Shown: positions 1 to 9,124 of the stretch, piece by piece
Layout: each line of letters opens with the position of its first letter
Numbering within the stretch: position 1 is the first letter of the stretch
Assembly: GCA_031409655.1 (NCBI GenBank)
Contig: JANNXQ010000214.1
Location: forward strand, 1 to 56,923
Direction: 5' to 3'
Length of the DNA: 56,923 bases
From: Chthoniobacteraceae bacterium
Lineage (GTDB): Bacteria > Verrucomicrobiota > Verrucomicrobiia > Chthoniobacterales > Chthoniobacteraceae
The notes under the pieces: model-generated
Seen by the model: only the letters and a program-made list of their open reading frames with translations
Databases searched by the model: none
Told to the model about the DNA's origin: nothing
Translations under genes and position numbers: made by a program

Positions 1-170
1 CGGCGCTGCAGGGTGCCGTGATCGCGAATCGTCCCGCGGAGCATGGGGAAGCGCGCTTCGAGCGCTTCGAGCACGGCGCGGATCGTGATCGGCGGGGGAA
101 CGGCGAGGAAAACTTCGTCGTCCACGCGCGCGAGGGTGCGGAGGTGAAAGGGCAGCACCACGCGGATCAT
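1..170 (-). CDS. MoaD/ThiS-family ubiquitin-like small protein (partial, runs off window start)
   Basis: Not in ORF track. Manual translation from ATG at 170 gives [56 protein letters not shown], a MoaD/ThiS-like N-terminus. ATGA overlap with the stop of the upstream beta-propeller gene. Confidence 0.75.
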   Translation of the reverse strand, partial: MIRVVLPFHLRTLARVDDEVFLAVPPPITIRAVLEALEARFPMLRGTIRDHGTLQR

Positions 171-1327
171 GGCAGGGTCTGCACTTCCACCGAAAGCACG
201 GCGGGCAGGTCGCGCACGATCGCCGTCCAGTGGTCGCCGCCGTCGGGCGAGCAATAGACCTGGCCACCGGTCGTGCCGAAATAGATGCCGCACGAATCGA
301 GGGAATCGACGGCCATCGCGTCGCGCAACACGTTCACATAACAATCCTGCTGCGGGAGGCCGTTGGTGAGCGGTTCCCATTCGTCGCCGCCGGTCTTGCT
401 GCGATAGACGCGCAGCTTTCCCTCCGGCGGGAAGTGCTCGGAATCGCTCTTGATCGGCACGACGTAAATCGTCTCCGGCTCGTGGGCATGAACGTCGATG
501 GGAAAGCCGAAATCGCTGGGCAGATTCCCGCTGATCTCGCGCCAGTCCTCACCCGCGTTGTCGGTGCGCAGGACGTCCCAATGCTTCTGCATGAACAACG
601 TATCCGGTCGCGAGGGGTGCAGGGCGATGCGGTGAACGCAGTGGCCCACTTCCGCATCGGGATCGGGCAGCTCGTACTGCGATTTCAGCCCGCGATTGAT
701 CGGCTTCCACGTCTCGCCGCCATCGTCCGTGCGGAATGCGCCCGCCGCCGAGATGGCGACGAAAATCCGGCGCGCGCTCCGCGGGTCGAGCAGGATGGTA
801 TGCACGGCCATGCCGCCCGCGCCCGGCTGCCACAGGCTTCCTTTGGTGTTCCGCAGGCCGGGCAGTTCGGTCCAGGTGGTTCCTCCGTCGGTGGTCTTGA
901 AAATCGCCGCGTCCTCCGCGCCGGCATAGACGGTGTCGGGATCGGTCAGCGATGGTTCGAGATGCCACACGCGCTTGAACTCCCAGGGATGCTGGGTGCC
1001 GTCGTACCATTGGTGCGTGCCCACTTCACCCTCGTAGAGAAAGCGATTGCTGCGACCCCCGGGCGGGGAGTCCGGTCCTGGCGCTGGCTGGCCGTCGGGC
1101 GGCGCCCACGTTTTCCCGCCGTCGTCTGAACGCTGGATGATCTGGCCGAACCAGCCACTCGTCTGCGAGGCGAAGATGCGGTCCGGGTTCACCGGCGAAC
1201 CTTTGAGATGATACATCTCCCAACCCGCGAAATGCGGCCCGCTCACCGCCCAATTCTGGCGTTTGCCATCGGCGGTCAAAATGAAGGCGCCTTTCTTCGT
1301 GCCGACCAGGACTCTTAAGCTGCTCAT
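167..1327 (-). CDS. BNR/Asp-box beta-propeller protein (sialidase-like, WD40/YVTN BNR-like)
   Basis: Repeated Asp-box motifs ([36 protein letters not shown]); no signal peptide. Confidence 0.85.
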   Translation of the reverse strand: MSSLRVLVGTKKGAFILTADGKRQNWAVSGPHFAGWEMYHLKGSPVNPDRIFASQTSGWFGQIIQRSDDGGKTWAPPDGQPAPGPDSPPGGRSNRFLYEGEVGTHQWYDGTQHPWEFKRVWHLEPSLTDPDTVYAGAEDAAIFKTTDGGTTWTELPGLRNTKGSLWQPGAGGMAVHTILLDPRSARRIFVAISAAGAFRTDDGGETWKPINRGLKSQYELPDPDAEVGHCVHRIALHPSRPDTLFMQKHWDVLRTDNAGEDWREISGNLPSDFGFPIDVHAHEPETIYVVPIKSDSEHFPPEGKLRVYRSKTGGDEWEPLTNGLPQQDCYVNVLRDAMAVDSLDSCGIYFGTTGGQVYCSPDGGDHWTAIVRDLPAVLSVEVQTLP

Positions 1328-1339
1328 GGATGGAGGAGT

Positions 1340-1455
1340 TTAAGCTGGGACGATCACCATCCGGCCGAGGTCGAAACGGTTTTCGACCATGCCGGGAGGA
1401 GTGGGTTCGGGACTTCGCCGAAGAAGAGACAAGGTTGAACGAGGGTGTCAGGCAT
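1340..1455 (-). pseudogene. Internally deleted PhnB/VOC-family gene remnant
   Basis: ATG at 1455 gives MPDTLVQPCLFFG, like PhnB N-termini (VQPYLFF). A different frame ends GMVENRFDLGRMVIVPA*, like the PhnB C-terminal GMVxDRFGxxWMV. Only 116 nt in total. Confidence 0.6.
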
Positions 1456-1693
1456 GGTGGATGTGCTGATTGTTTGAAGACGTGGACTGGGGAGTGGGAG
1501 CGACGAATTGATCGAAGAGGTCGGCAAAAATGAAGTGCATTTTCAGGGGCATGCGCCTGGCGGAGCTGGTTCTCGATGGGTGGCGGTGACTCAAACCTCC
1601 AACGAATGAATCGACCCTGAAAAGAACACCGTCCGCACGGTTTTTTGTCACGGCCGCATTTTTCCTGCGCGCCGCACGAGCCTGAATTTCAAT

Positions 1694-1744
1694 TTGACGG
1701 CCAGCCCATCGTGAATAGCATCCATCGACGCATCTTGATGCGTC
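1694..1744 (+). promoter_or_regulatory. Sigma70-like promoter of ahcY with palindromic operator
   Basis: TTGACG (1694-1699), 16 nt spacer, TAGCAT (1716-1721). Followed by CATCGA-N6-TTGATG (1723-1740), overlapping GACGCATC-TT-GATGCGTC (1727-1744). Confidence 0.6.
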
Positions 1745-1800
1745 AATGCGTCCGAATAAGGGGCGCAGACGTTTCCTCTCCGCAAACCAATCAAATCAAA

Positions 1801-3231
1801 ATGAGCACCAACACACTGACCGCCAAAAACACCGACTACAAAGTCGCCGACATCAGCCTCGCCGAATGGGGCCGCAAGGAAATCGTGATCGCCGAGCAGG
1901 AAATGCCCGGCCTGATCTCCATCCGCGAGCAATACGCGCCCTCGAAGCCGCTCCAGGGCGTGCGCATCACCGGCTCGCTCCACATGACCATCCAGACCGC
2001 GGTGCTCATCGAGACGCTCACCGCCCTCGGTGCCGATGTGCGCTGGGCTTCGTGCAATATTTTCTCCACTCAAGATCAGGCCGCCGCGGCCATCGCCGTC
2101 ACGGGCGTGCCGGTCTTCGCGTGGAAAGGTGAGAGCCTCGAGGAGTACTGGGACTGCACCTGGAAGGCGATCGTGAACAACGAAGGCAAAGGCCCTCAGC
2201 TCGTCGTCGATGACGGCGGCGACGTGACCTTCTTCATCCACAAGGGCTACGAACTCGAAGACGGTGACGACTGGGTGAACAGCCCGTCCGGCTCGCACGA
2301 GGAGAAGGTGATCAAGGAAATGCTCAAGAAGGTCCACGCCGAGAACCCGTTCATCTTCCACGAGATGGTGAAGGACTGGAAGGGTGTCTCCGAAGAGACC
2401 ACCACCGGCGTGCATCGCCTCTACAAGCTTCAGGAACTCGGCAAGCTGCTCGTCCCGGCGTTCAACGTGAATGACTCGGTGACCAAGTCGAAGTTCGACA
2501 ACCTCTACGGCTGTCGCCACTCGCTGGTCGATGGCCTCAACCGCGCGCTCGACGTGATGATCTCCGGCAAAGTGGCCGTGGTCATCGGCTACGGCGACGT
2601 GGGCAAAGGCAGCGCGCAGTCGCTGCGCGGACAAGGCGCTCGCGTTATCGTCACGGAAATCGACCCGATCAACGCGCTGCAGGCGGCGATGGAAGGCTAC
2701 GAAGTGACCACCATCGAAGACACCCTCGGCCGCGGCGACATCTACGTCACCACCACCGGGAACGTGGATGTGATTACCATCGAGCACATGACCAAGATGA
2801 AGGATCAGGCCGTGATTTGTAACATCGGCCACTTCGACAACGAGATTCAGGTCGAGAAGCTGGTGAATTATCCCGGCATCAAGCGCACGAACATCAAGCC
2901 GCAGGTGGACAAATACACCTTCAAGCCCGGTCAGGAGATTTTCCTCCTCGCCGAAGGCCGGCTCGTCAATCTCGGCTGCGCCACCGGCCATCCCTCGTTC
3001 GTGATGAGTAACAGCTTCTCCAACCAGACCCTCGCCCAGCTCGACCTCTGGAAGAACAAGGACATCTACAAGCCCGCGGTTTACGTCCTGCCCAAGAAGC
3101 TCGACGAAGAAGTGGCCCGCCTGCACCTCGCGAAGATCGGGGTGAAGCTCACCGTCCTCACCGCGAAGCAGGCCGCCTACCTCGACGTGCCGGTGGAAGG
3201 CCCTTACAAGCCAGCGCACTACCGTTACTAA
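1801..3231 (+). CDS. ahcY: Adenosylhomocysteinase (SAH hydrolase)
   Basis: [51 protein letters not shown] and terminal HYRY motifs. Start at MSTNTL chosen because it lies downstream of the promoter. Confidence 0.97.
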   Translation: MSTNTLTAKNTDYKVADISLAEWGRKEIVIAEQEMPGLISIREQYAPSKPLQGVRITGSLHMTIQTAVLIETLTALGADVRWASCNIFSTQDQAAAAIAVTGVPVFAWKGESLEEYWDCTWKAIVNNEGKGPQLVVDDGGDVTFFIHKGYELEDGDDWVNSPSGSHEEKVIKEMLKKVHAENPFIFHEMVKDWKGVSEETTTGVHRLYKLQELGKLLVPAFNVNDSVTKSKFDNLYGCRHSLVDGLNRALDVMISGKVAVVIGYGDVGKGSAQSLRGQGARVIVTEIDPINALQAAMEGYEVTTIEDTLGRGDIYVTTTGNVDVITIEHMTKMKDQAVICNIGHFDNEIQVEKLVNYPGIKRTNIKPQVDKYTFKPGQEIFLLAEGRLVNLGCATGHPSFVMSNSFSNQTLAQLDLWKNKDIYKPAVYVLPKKLDEEVARLHLAKIGVKLTVLTAKQAAYLDVPVEGPYKPAHYRY

Positions 3232-3266
3232 TTCCGTCAGGCGCTAACGCCCGAAAACAACTAATC

Positions 3267-3302
3267 AGCCGCCGCAGGGGAACCTGCGGCGGCTTTCTTT
3301 TT
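3267..3302 (+). terminator. Rho-independent terminator after ahcY
   Basis: 12-bp perfect stem AGCCGCCGCAGG-GGAA-CCTGCGGCGGCT followed by TTCTTTTT. Confidence 0.9.
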
Positions 3303-3311
3303 GCGGCTGCC

Positions 3312-5054
3312 TTACTCAGCGAGCGCGACGCCCAGCTTGCGGCCTTTGAACTGAATGCCGTTGAGCTTCTTGATCACGAGCTTCACGTGCTCCTCGGCAA
3401 GGTCCACGAAGGTATGCTCCGGCTGGATGTGGATCGCACCGATGGAACCCCGGGTGATCTTGGCGACGCCAGCGATCACCCCGACGATATCGCCCGGCTG
3501 GATTTCCTGCGCGTGTCCGCAATCAAAGGTCAGGCGCACCATGCCTGGCTCGTGCGAGGTTTTCGTGGGGACTTCCCGGATGCCACGCGGGCGGGGGCCG
3601 GAATCGGCGGATTCGCGCGGATTGCGTGCGGACTTCGAGGCGGAGAATTTAGCCTCGTATTTCGGATAATCGCGGCGCGGGACGTCGCGCTGCTCAAAGT
3701 CCCGGGGCGCGTGCTCGCGGGCGGCGCGTTTGGGATCGTCTTCGACGATCTTGCCGGCGCGTTTGGTGTCGCCGGAGAGCATGTGCAGGAGGGCGTTCGC
3801 GATGTCCGTCGGCGAGTGTCCCGAATCGAGCAAGCGGTCGATGTGGGCGTCGCGCTTCACGAATTCGCCCGCTTCGAGCGTTTCGCGGAGCTGCTCGAAG
3901 ACGGCACTCGTGCGCTTCTCCTCGACCTCGTCGAGGGACGGCACCTTCTCTCGCCGGATCTTCCCGCGGGTGAAGCGGATGATGTTCTGCATCTTATAGA
4001 TCTCCCGTCCGGCGACAAAGGTGACGGCGCGTCCGGTCTTTCCCGCGCGCCCGGTGCGGCCGATGCGATGCACGTAGTCTTCGCCGTCATGCGGCAGGTC
4101 GTAGTTAAAGACGACCTCGATGTTATCCACGTCCAGCCCGCGCGCCGCGACATCCGTGGCGACGAGGAACTCGACCTTTTTCTCGCGGAACTTCCGCATC
4201 ACCCGCTCACGCATTGCCTGGGTCATGTCGCCGTGCAACTTATCCGCTCCATACCCGCGCGCGGTCAGGTGCTCGGTCAGCTCGTCGCACATCATCTTAG
4301 TCGCGCAGAAGATGAGCGCGAACTTCACATCCTGAAGATCGATGAGGCGGCAGAGGACCTCGATCTTCGAGCGTCGATCGACCTCATAGTACACCTGATC
4401 GATCGCCGTCACCGTGAGGGAGGCCTGCTCGATCCGCACATTCACCGGAGTGCGTGTGAAGCGCTTGATGAGCTCGGCGATCGGCTTTGGCACAGTGGCG
4501 GAAAAGAGGACCGTCTGGCGCTCGGGCGGAGCCTGCTTGAGGATCGTTTCGATGTCCTCGCGGAAGCCCATGTCGAGCATCCGGTCCGCTTCATCCAGGA
4601 TCACCATCTTGATGTTGTCGAGTTTCAGGGTCTTCCGCTCGAGGTGATCCATGACTCGGCCTGGCGTGCCGATGATGATCTGGGCGCCGGCGTGGAGGCC
4701 ACGGAGTTGGCGGTCGTAGGAAGCGCCGCCGTAGATCGGCAGCTCGCGCACGCCGCGTTTGAAGAGCGCGAGTTTCGCCACTTCCTCCGCCACCTGCACG
4801 GCGAGTTCACGTGTCGGGCAGAGGATCAGCACCTGCGGCGCGCGCAGATTGCCATCCACGCGCTCGATGGCGGGAATCGCGAAAGCCGCGGTTTTGCCGG
4901 AACCAGTTTGAGATTGGCCCACCACATCCGCGCCGCCGAGGAGCACGGGGATGGCGGCGGATTGGATGGGCGAGGCCTCCTCAAAACCCATGCGTTCAAC
5001 GGCTTTGAGGATTTCGGGCGAGAGCCCCAGTTCGGAGAAAAGTTTCTTCTGCAT
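3312..5054 (-). CDS. deaD: DEAD-box RNA helicase with C-terminal DbpA-type RNA-binding domain (DeaD/CsdA-like)
   Basis: Q motif, QTGSGKT, PTRELA, DEAD, SAT, ARGLD, HRIGRTGRAG; C-terminal PGDIVG domain. Start MQKKLF at 5054. Confidence 0.9.
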   Translation of the reverse strand: MQKKLFSELGLSPEILKAVERMGFEEASPIQSAAIPVLLGGADVVGQSQTGSGKTAAFAIPAIERVDGNLRAPQVLILCPTRELAVQVAEEVAKLALFKRGVRELPIYGGASYDRQLRGLHAGAQIIIGTPGRVMDHLERKTLKLDNIKMVILDEADRMLDMGFREDIETILKQAPPERQTVLFSATVPKPIAELIKRFTRTPVNVRIEQASLTVTAIDQVYYEVDRRSKIEVLCRLIDLQDVKFALIFCATKMMCDELTEHLTARGYGADKLHGDMTQAMRERVMRKFREKKVEFLVATDVAARGLDVDNIEVVFNYDLPHDGEDYVHRIGRTGRAGKTGRAVTFVAGREIYKMQNIIRFTRGKIRREKVPSLDEVEEKRTSAVFEQLRETLEAGEFVKRDAHIDRLLDSGHSPTDIANALLHMLSGDTKRAGKIVEDDPKRAAREHAPRDFEQRDVPRRDYPKYEAKFSASKSARNPRESADSGPRPRGIREVPTKTSHEPGMVRLTFDCGHAQEIQPGDIVGVIAGVAKITRGSIGAIHIQPEHTFVDLAEEHVKLVIKKLNGIQFKGRKLGVALAE

Positions 5055-5154
5055 CAGGGCTTGTAGCCCCTGCGCTGCGGCTTGTCGTTCACATTCGCGG
5101 CGGAGCGCGCACCATCCCGTAGGATGCGCACTGTCTGCTGCGAGGAGGCAAGGG

Positions 5155-5182
5155 TTGCATCCCGGAGGGCGGTCGCTACTAT
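5155..5182 (+). promoter_or_regulatory. Putative sigma70 promoter of exbB-exbD-TPR-comEC operon
   Basis: TTGCAT, 16 nt spacer, TACTAT, ending 15 nt before the exbB ATG. Confidence 0.5.
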
Positions 5183-5197
5183 CTCGACCCATATTTC

Positions 5198-6073
5198 ATG
5201 AAATTTACCGCCTCGTTCCTGGCTGTGGCTCTTGCCGCGAGCGCGCTCAGCGCGCCAGACCTTTTTGCGGATCTCCCGAATCAACCGGTCCTGCTGGCGC
5301 AAGCGAATGCACCCGCCCCGGCCGTGGAGGTGATGCCAAAGCCCGCCGCTCCTCCCGTGTCCGCCGGGGCCGCGGAGCCCGCGAAAAAGATCAACGCGAC
5401 CACCGTCTGGAAGCTCATTCGCGACGGTGGCTGGGCGATGATCCCGCTCGGCGCCCTCTCGGTCGTCACGGTGATGCTCGTCCTCGTCTATCTCTTTTCG
5501 CTGCGCCGGAGCTCCATCCTCACTGCGCACTACATGAATACCGCCGATGTGCTTTTGAAAAAGCGCGACTACCTCGGCCTGCTCGCCATCTCCAGCCGGC
5601 ACAGTGAAGTGGTCGCGCGCGTCGTTCAGCGCACCCTCGATTTTGCGACGAAGAATCCGAACGCTTCCTACGACGTCGTGCGGGAAATCGCCGAGACGGA
5701 AGGCGGCTCGCAGGCGTCCTCGCTGCAGCATCGCGTCACCTACCTCGCAGACATCGGCATGCTCGCGCCGATGATCGGCCTGCTCGGCACGGTCTTCGGG
5801 CTCATCCGCTCCTTCGGCGTCCTGGGCAGTGGCACGGCGACGCAATCGCGCGACGTGCTCCTCGCCACCGGCGTTTCCGAGGCGCTCGTCGCCACGGCCA
5901 CCGGCCTCGTCCTCGGCATCGTGGCGATGGCCTTTTACGCGCTCTTTCGGAATCGCGTGCAGAGCCTCATTTCCGATCTCGAGATCGCCTCCGCGCACGT
6001 CATGGGTTTGATCGCGGTGAACTATAACAAGAAGCGCGAGCAGTCGCGGGTGGCCGTGGATGATGAGTTTTAA
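5198..6073 (+). CDS. MotA/TolQ/ExbB proton channel protein with signal peptide
   Basis: GGWAMIPL first TM segment, APMIGLLGTVFGLI, GVSEALVATATGL. Confidence 0.92.
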   Translation: MKFTASFLAVALAASALSAPDLFADLPNQPVLLAQANAPAPAVEVMPKPAAPPVSAGAAEPAKKINATTVWKLIRDGGWAMIPLGALSVVTVMLVLVYLFSLRRSSILTAHYMNTADVLLKKRDYLGLLAISSRHSEVVARVVQRTLDFATKNPNASYDVVREIAETEGGSQASSLQHRVTYLADIGMLAPMIGLLGTVFGLIRSFGVLGSGTATQSRDVLLATGVSEALVATATGLVLGIVAMAFYALFRNRVQSLISDLEIASAHVMGLIAVNYNKKREQSRVAVDDEF

Positions 6074-6118
6074 GATGACGCCTTCGCTGCACGGCGCGCG
6101 CCGCTCGAAGCCTTCCCG

Positions 6119-6532
6119 ATGAGATTCCGCAAACGCTCCGAACCGGTCGTCTTCGGATTTCAGATCGCACCGATGGTGGATATCCTCCTGGTGCTGCTCG
6201 TCTTCTTCATCGTGACGTGGAGCTTTGCGCGCAAAGAACTGGAGCTCGATGTGAAGGTGCCGACGGCGCAAAACGCCAAGGAGTCGAATCCCGTCGTCAA
6301 TCAAACGGTGCTCAACGTGAAGATGGACGGCACCGTGATCTGGAATCGCAAGCAGGTCACCACCACGGAGCTCACCGCACGGCTGCGCGAGCTCTCCGGC
6401 CTTTTCCCAGATTACGCGATCATCGTGCGGGCGGATGAGCGGGCACCCTTCCGCTTCGTGGCGAATGTGCTGGATGTCTGCCGCGACGCGAACATCTGGA
6501 ATGTGGCCTTTGCCACCGGCAAACTCGAATGA
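6119..6532 (+). CDS. ExbD/TolR biopolymer transport protein
   Basis: IAPMVDILLVLLVFF TM segment with conserved Asp; IIVRAD motif. Confidence 0.92.
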   Translation: MRFRKRSEPVVFGFQIAPMVDILLVLLVFFIVTWSFARKELELDVKVPTAQNAKESNPVVNQTVLNVKMDGTVIWNRKQVTTTELTARLRELSGLFPDYAIIVRADERAPFRFVANVLDVCRDANIWNVAFATGKLE

Positions 6533-9078
6533 AGCGGCGGCACATGTGGAGCGTGACCCTGGCCGCGGTGGGGCTGGCGAGACTTTCCCTGCATGCTCAG
6601 ACGCCGGCAGCGCCGGATGTGCGGAAGCCTTTCCGTTTCGACGACGATAAGCCAATCCCGCGCGCCGTGCCGGTGGCCCCGCGCGCGACTCCGCCGCCTG
6701 CGACCCCGCGCCCGGCGCCGCCACCGAGCACGCCGGTGCCTGCTCCTCCCGCAACGCCGCGACCGCAAGTCGTCGCGCCGCCCCGTCCGATGAAGCCGCC
6801 GGAGCCGTCCGATCCGGGTGAAATCCGCATCTCGCCATCGGCGACACCGAGGACCTCCGACCAGCTCCAGCTCGAAGTCGCGGACAGTTATTACGCCCGC
6901 GGGATGTTCGAAATGGCGGCGCCGGAGTACGAGCGTTACCTCGGCCAATATCCCACGGCGCCGGATCGCATGACGGCCCTCTTCCGGCTCGGTGAGGCTT
7001 ATCGGAAAGTGGGTTCGGTGAATGGCGCGAAGAACGCCTACGACACCTTGCTCGCGCTCTACCAGACGGGAGAGTTCATCGGTCCCGCCGCCTTCCGTCT
7101 GGGAGAGATGTATTACGCGGAGCGGAAATATCGCGACGCCCTGCCGCTCTATCGCAAGGCCTCCGTGCGGCTGCGCGAACCCGCGGTGGTCAACTGCGCG
7201 AAGTTCTTCGCCGCCCGTTCGCTCGAGGCGCTCGGGCAGAAGATCGAAGCCCGGCTCGCCTACGACGAACTCGCCAACGCCGCCGAGAATAATCCCTTTC
7301 AGGACGCCAGCCGCCTTTCCCTCGCTCTGCTGCTCAAGGATGGCGGTCGCACGCCGGATGCGGTGAAGCAGATTGATGCGCTCGCGCTGAGCACCCAGAA
7401 TCCGGAACTCCGCGCCGAGGCGATCGTGCGTTCCGGGCTGTGGTTGCAGGAAATGCAGCAGCCGGCGAAGTCCGAGATTCGCTTGAAAGAGGCGCTGGAA
7501 CTGCCCGGGATTGGCAAATGGAAAGACGTCGCGCTGCTGGGCCTCGTGCGGATGCTTTTCGATGCGGGCAGTTACGACAAGGTGCTGGAGAGTTACGAAC
7601 AACTGCGGCCGAAAATCTCCCCCGATGCGAAGCCCGAGCTCCTGCTCCTCGCCGCGAACTCGAATCGGCAGTTGAAAAAGTATCCCGAGGCGGCGGAGCT
7701 CTATGATTTGCTCCTCCGCGATTTCGGGGATTCGCCCCAGGCGAAGGACGCGGACTACGAGCGGCTCGTGACGCTTTATTACTCCGATGAAGCCGCGCTC
7801 GTCCCGGCGATTGACCAATTCCTCAAGACCAACCCCGAGACCACGAAGCGCGATCAAGTGCTGCTAATGAAAGCCGAGGTGCTCTTCCGTCGGCAGGATT
7901 ACGCGGCCTCCGCACCGATCTACGAGATGCTGGATCGGGCGCGCTCACTCGCGCCGGCGCTCAAGGCTGAAGCGCTTTTCAAACTCGGCTTCTGCTACAT
8001 GCAGATCCGCGACGCTGACAAGGCGATCAAGGCTTACGGATCTTACATTGAAGGTTACCCGACCAGTAAGTCCATCGGCTACGCGCTGGGTCAGCGCGCG
8101 ATGGCTTATCAGCAAAAGAAGAACTTTTCCGCCGCGCTCAAGGATTACAGCGAGCTGATCACCAGACATCCGAAGACCAAGGAGCGGGAGCTCGCGCTCG
8201 AGCAGAAGGCCCTGATCCTCGGCCAGCAGGGTGACAATCCAGGGATGTCCGCCGCCTTCGAGCAGTTACTCAAGGAATACCCCGAGTCCTCCGCTGGGGG
8301 GAAGGCTTACTACTGGATTGGTTACGTCGCCTTTGAAGGAAAGAAGTATAAGAAGGCGGCCGAGAATCTGGTCAAGGCGCGGGAGTTGGATCGGGAGGAA
8401 TTCTTTGAACGGGCCAGCCTGCGCGTCCTCCTCGCGCAGTACTACCTGGAAGACCGGGCGGCCGCGGCGCGCGAGGTCGATCTCTATGTGAAAGATGGGA
8501 AGAGCGCGGTGCCGCCGGAGATTCTCCGTTGGATCGGCGAAGGTTATTTCAAGGACGGGCAGACCGAGCAGGCGGAGAAATACTTTCAGATGCTGGAGAC
8601 GCGGGACGAAGTGGCGCCGGATGATTTTCTCTTTCTCGCCCGCGCTCGCTTGAAGCTTGGGAAATTCGCGGAAGCTGAAGGCTCGCTGCAGACTTACCTC
8701 AAGTCGGCAAAAGACCCGGTGCCGCGTTCGCTGGGCATGCTGGAGTTAGCGCGCGCGCAGTTGGGTCTGAAGCAATTCGACGCCGCCCAGAAGTCAGTGG
8801 ACGAAGCGCTCACCCTGCAACCCGAAGGTGTGATCAATGGCGAGGGTCGGATCGCCGCTGGCGATGTCGATATGGCGCGCGGGCAATTTGAGGAAGCGGC
8901 CAAAGTCTATGTGAGCGTCTCCCTCGTGCTCGACGATGAGAACATCACTCCGCGGGCCTTGGACAAAGCCGTGGAGGCCTATCGGAAAGCGGGCAAGGAC
9001 GCGGAAGCGAAGAAGATGCTGAACACGCTCAAGAGTCGGTATCCGGAGTATCAGCAAGGGACGGTGAAGCCGCAGTAG
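6529..9078 (+). CDS. Exported tetratricopeptide-repeat protein with Pro-rich N-terminal linker
   Basis: Signal-like N-terminus, Pro-rich stretch (PRATPPPATPRPAPPP...), many TPR-like helical repeats (e.g. ALFRLGEAY, ALFKLGFCY). ATGA overlap with exbD. Confidence 0.85.
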   Translation: MKRRHMWSVTLAAVGLARLSLHAQTPAAPDVRKPFRFDDDKPIPRAVPVAPRATPPPATPRPAPPPSTPVPAPPATPRPQVVAPPRPMKPPEPSDPGEIRISPSATPRTSDQLQLEVADSYYARGMFEMAAPEYERYLGQYPTAPDRMTALFRLGEAYRKVGSVNGAKNAYDTLLALYQTGEFIGPAAFRLGEMYYAERKYRDALPLYRKASVRLREPAVVNCAKFFAARSLEALGQKIEARLAYDELANAAENNPFQDASRLSLALLLKDGGRTPDAVKQIDALALSTQNPELRAEAIVRSGLWLQEMQQPAKSEIRLKEALELPGIGKWKDVALLGLVRMLFDAGSYDKVLESYEQLRPKISPDAKPELLLLAANSNRQLKKYPEAAELYDLLLRDFGDSPQAKDADYERLVTLYYSDEAALVPAIDQFLKTNPETTKRDQVLLMKAEVLFRRQDYAASAPIYEMLDRARSLAPALKAEALFKLGFCYMQIRDADKAIKAYGSYIEGYPTSKSIGYALGQRAMAYQQKKNFSAALKDYSELITRHPKTKERELALEQKALILGQQGDNPGMSAAFEQLLKEYPESSAGGKAYYWIGYVAFEGKKYKKAAENLVKARELDREEFFERASLRVLLAQYYLEDRAAAAREVDLYVKDGKSAVPPEILRWIGEGYFKDGQTEQAEKYFQMLETRDEVAPDDFLFLARARLKLGKFAEAEGSLQTYLKSAKDPVPRSLGMLELARAQLGLKQFDAAQKSVDEALTLQPEGVINGEGRIAAGDVDMARGQFEEAAKVYVSVSLVLDDENITPRALDKAVEAYRKAGKDAEAKKMLNTLKSRYPEYQQGTVKPQ

Positions 9079-9124
9079 GTGCGCGCCTCGGCCGACCCGG
9101 TGTGAAGGAACGAGCGTCACCCCC

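Noticed and set aside
1650..1800. SAH or SAM riboswitch upstream of ahcY
   Set aside because: No recognisable riboswitch consensus by eye, and the leader after the predicted promoter is short. An Rfam/Infernal scan would be decisive.
1648..3219. 523-aa antisense ORF over ahcY, and similar long shadow ORFs (3387-5066, 19178-21880, 52602-55214, 54071-56869)
   Set aside because: They overlap well-supported genes, lack motifs, and are expected from stop-codon scarcity in high-GC coding DNA.
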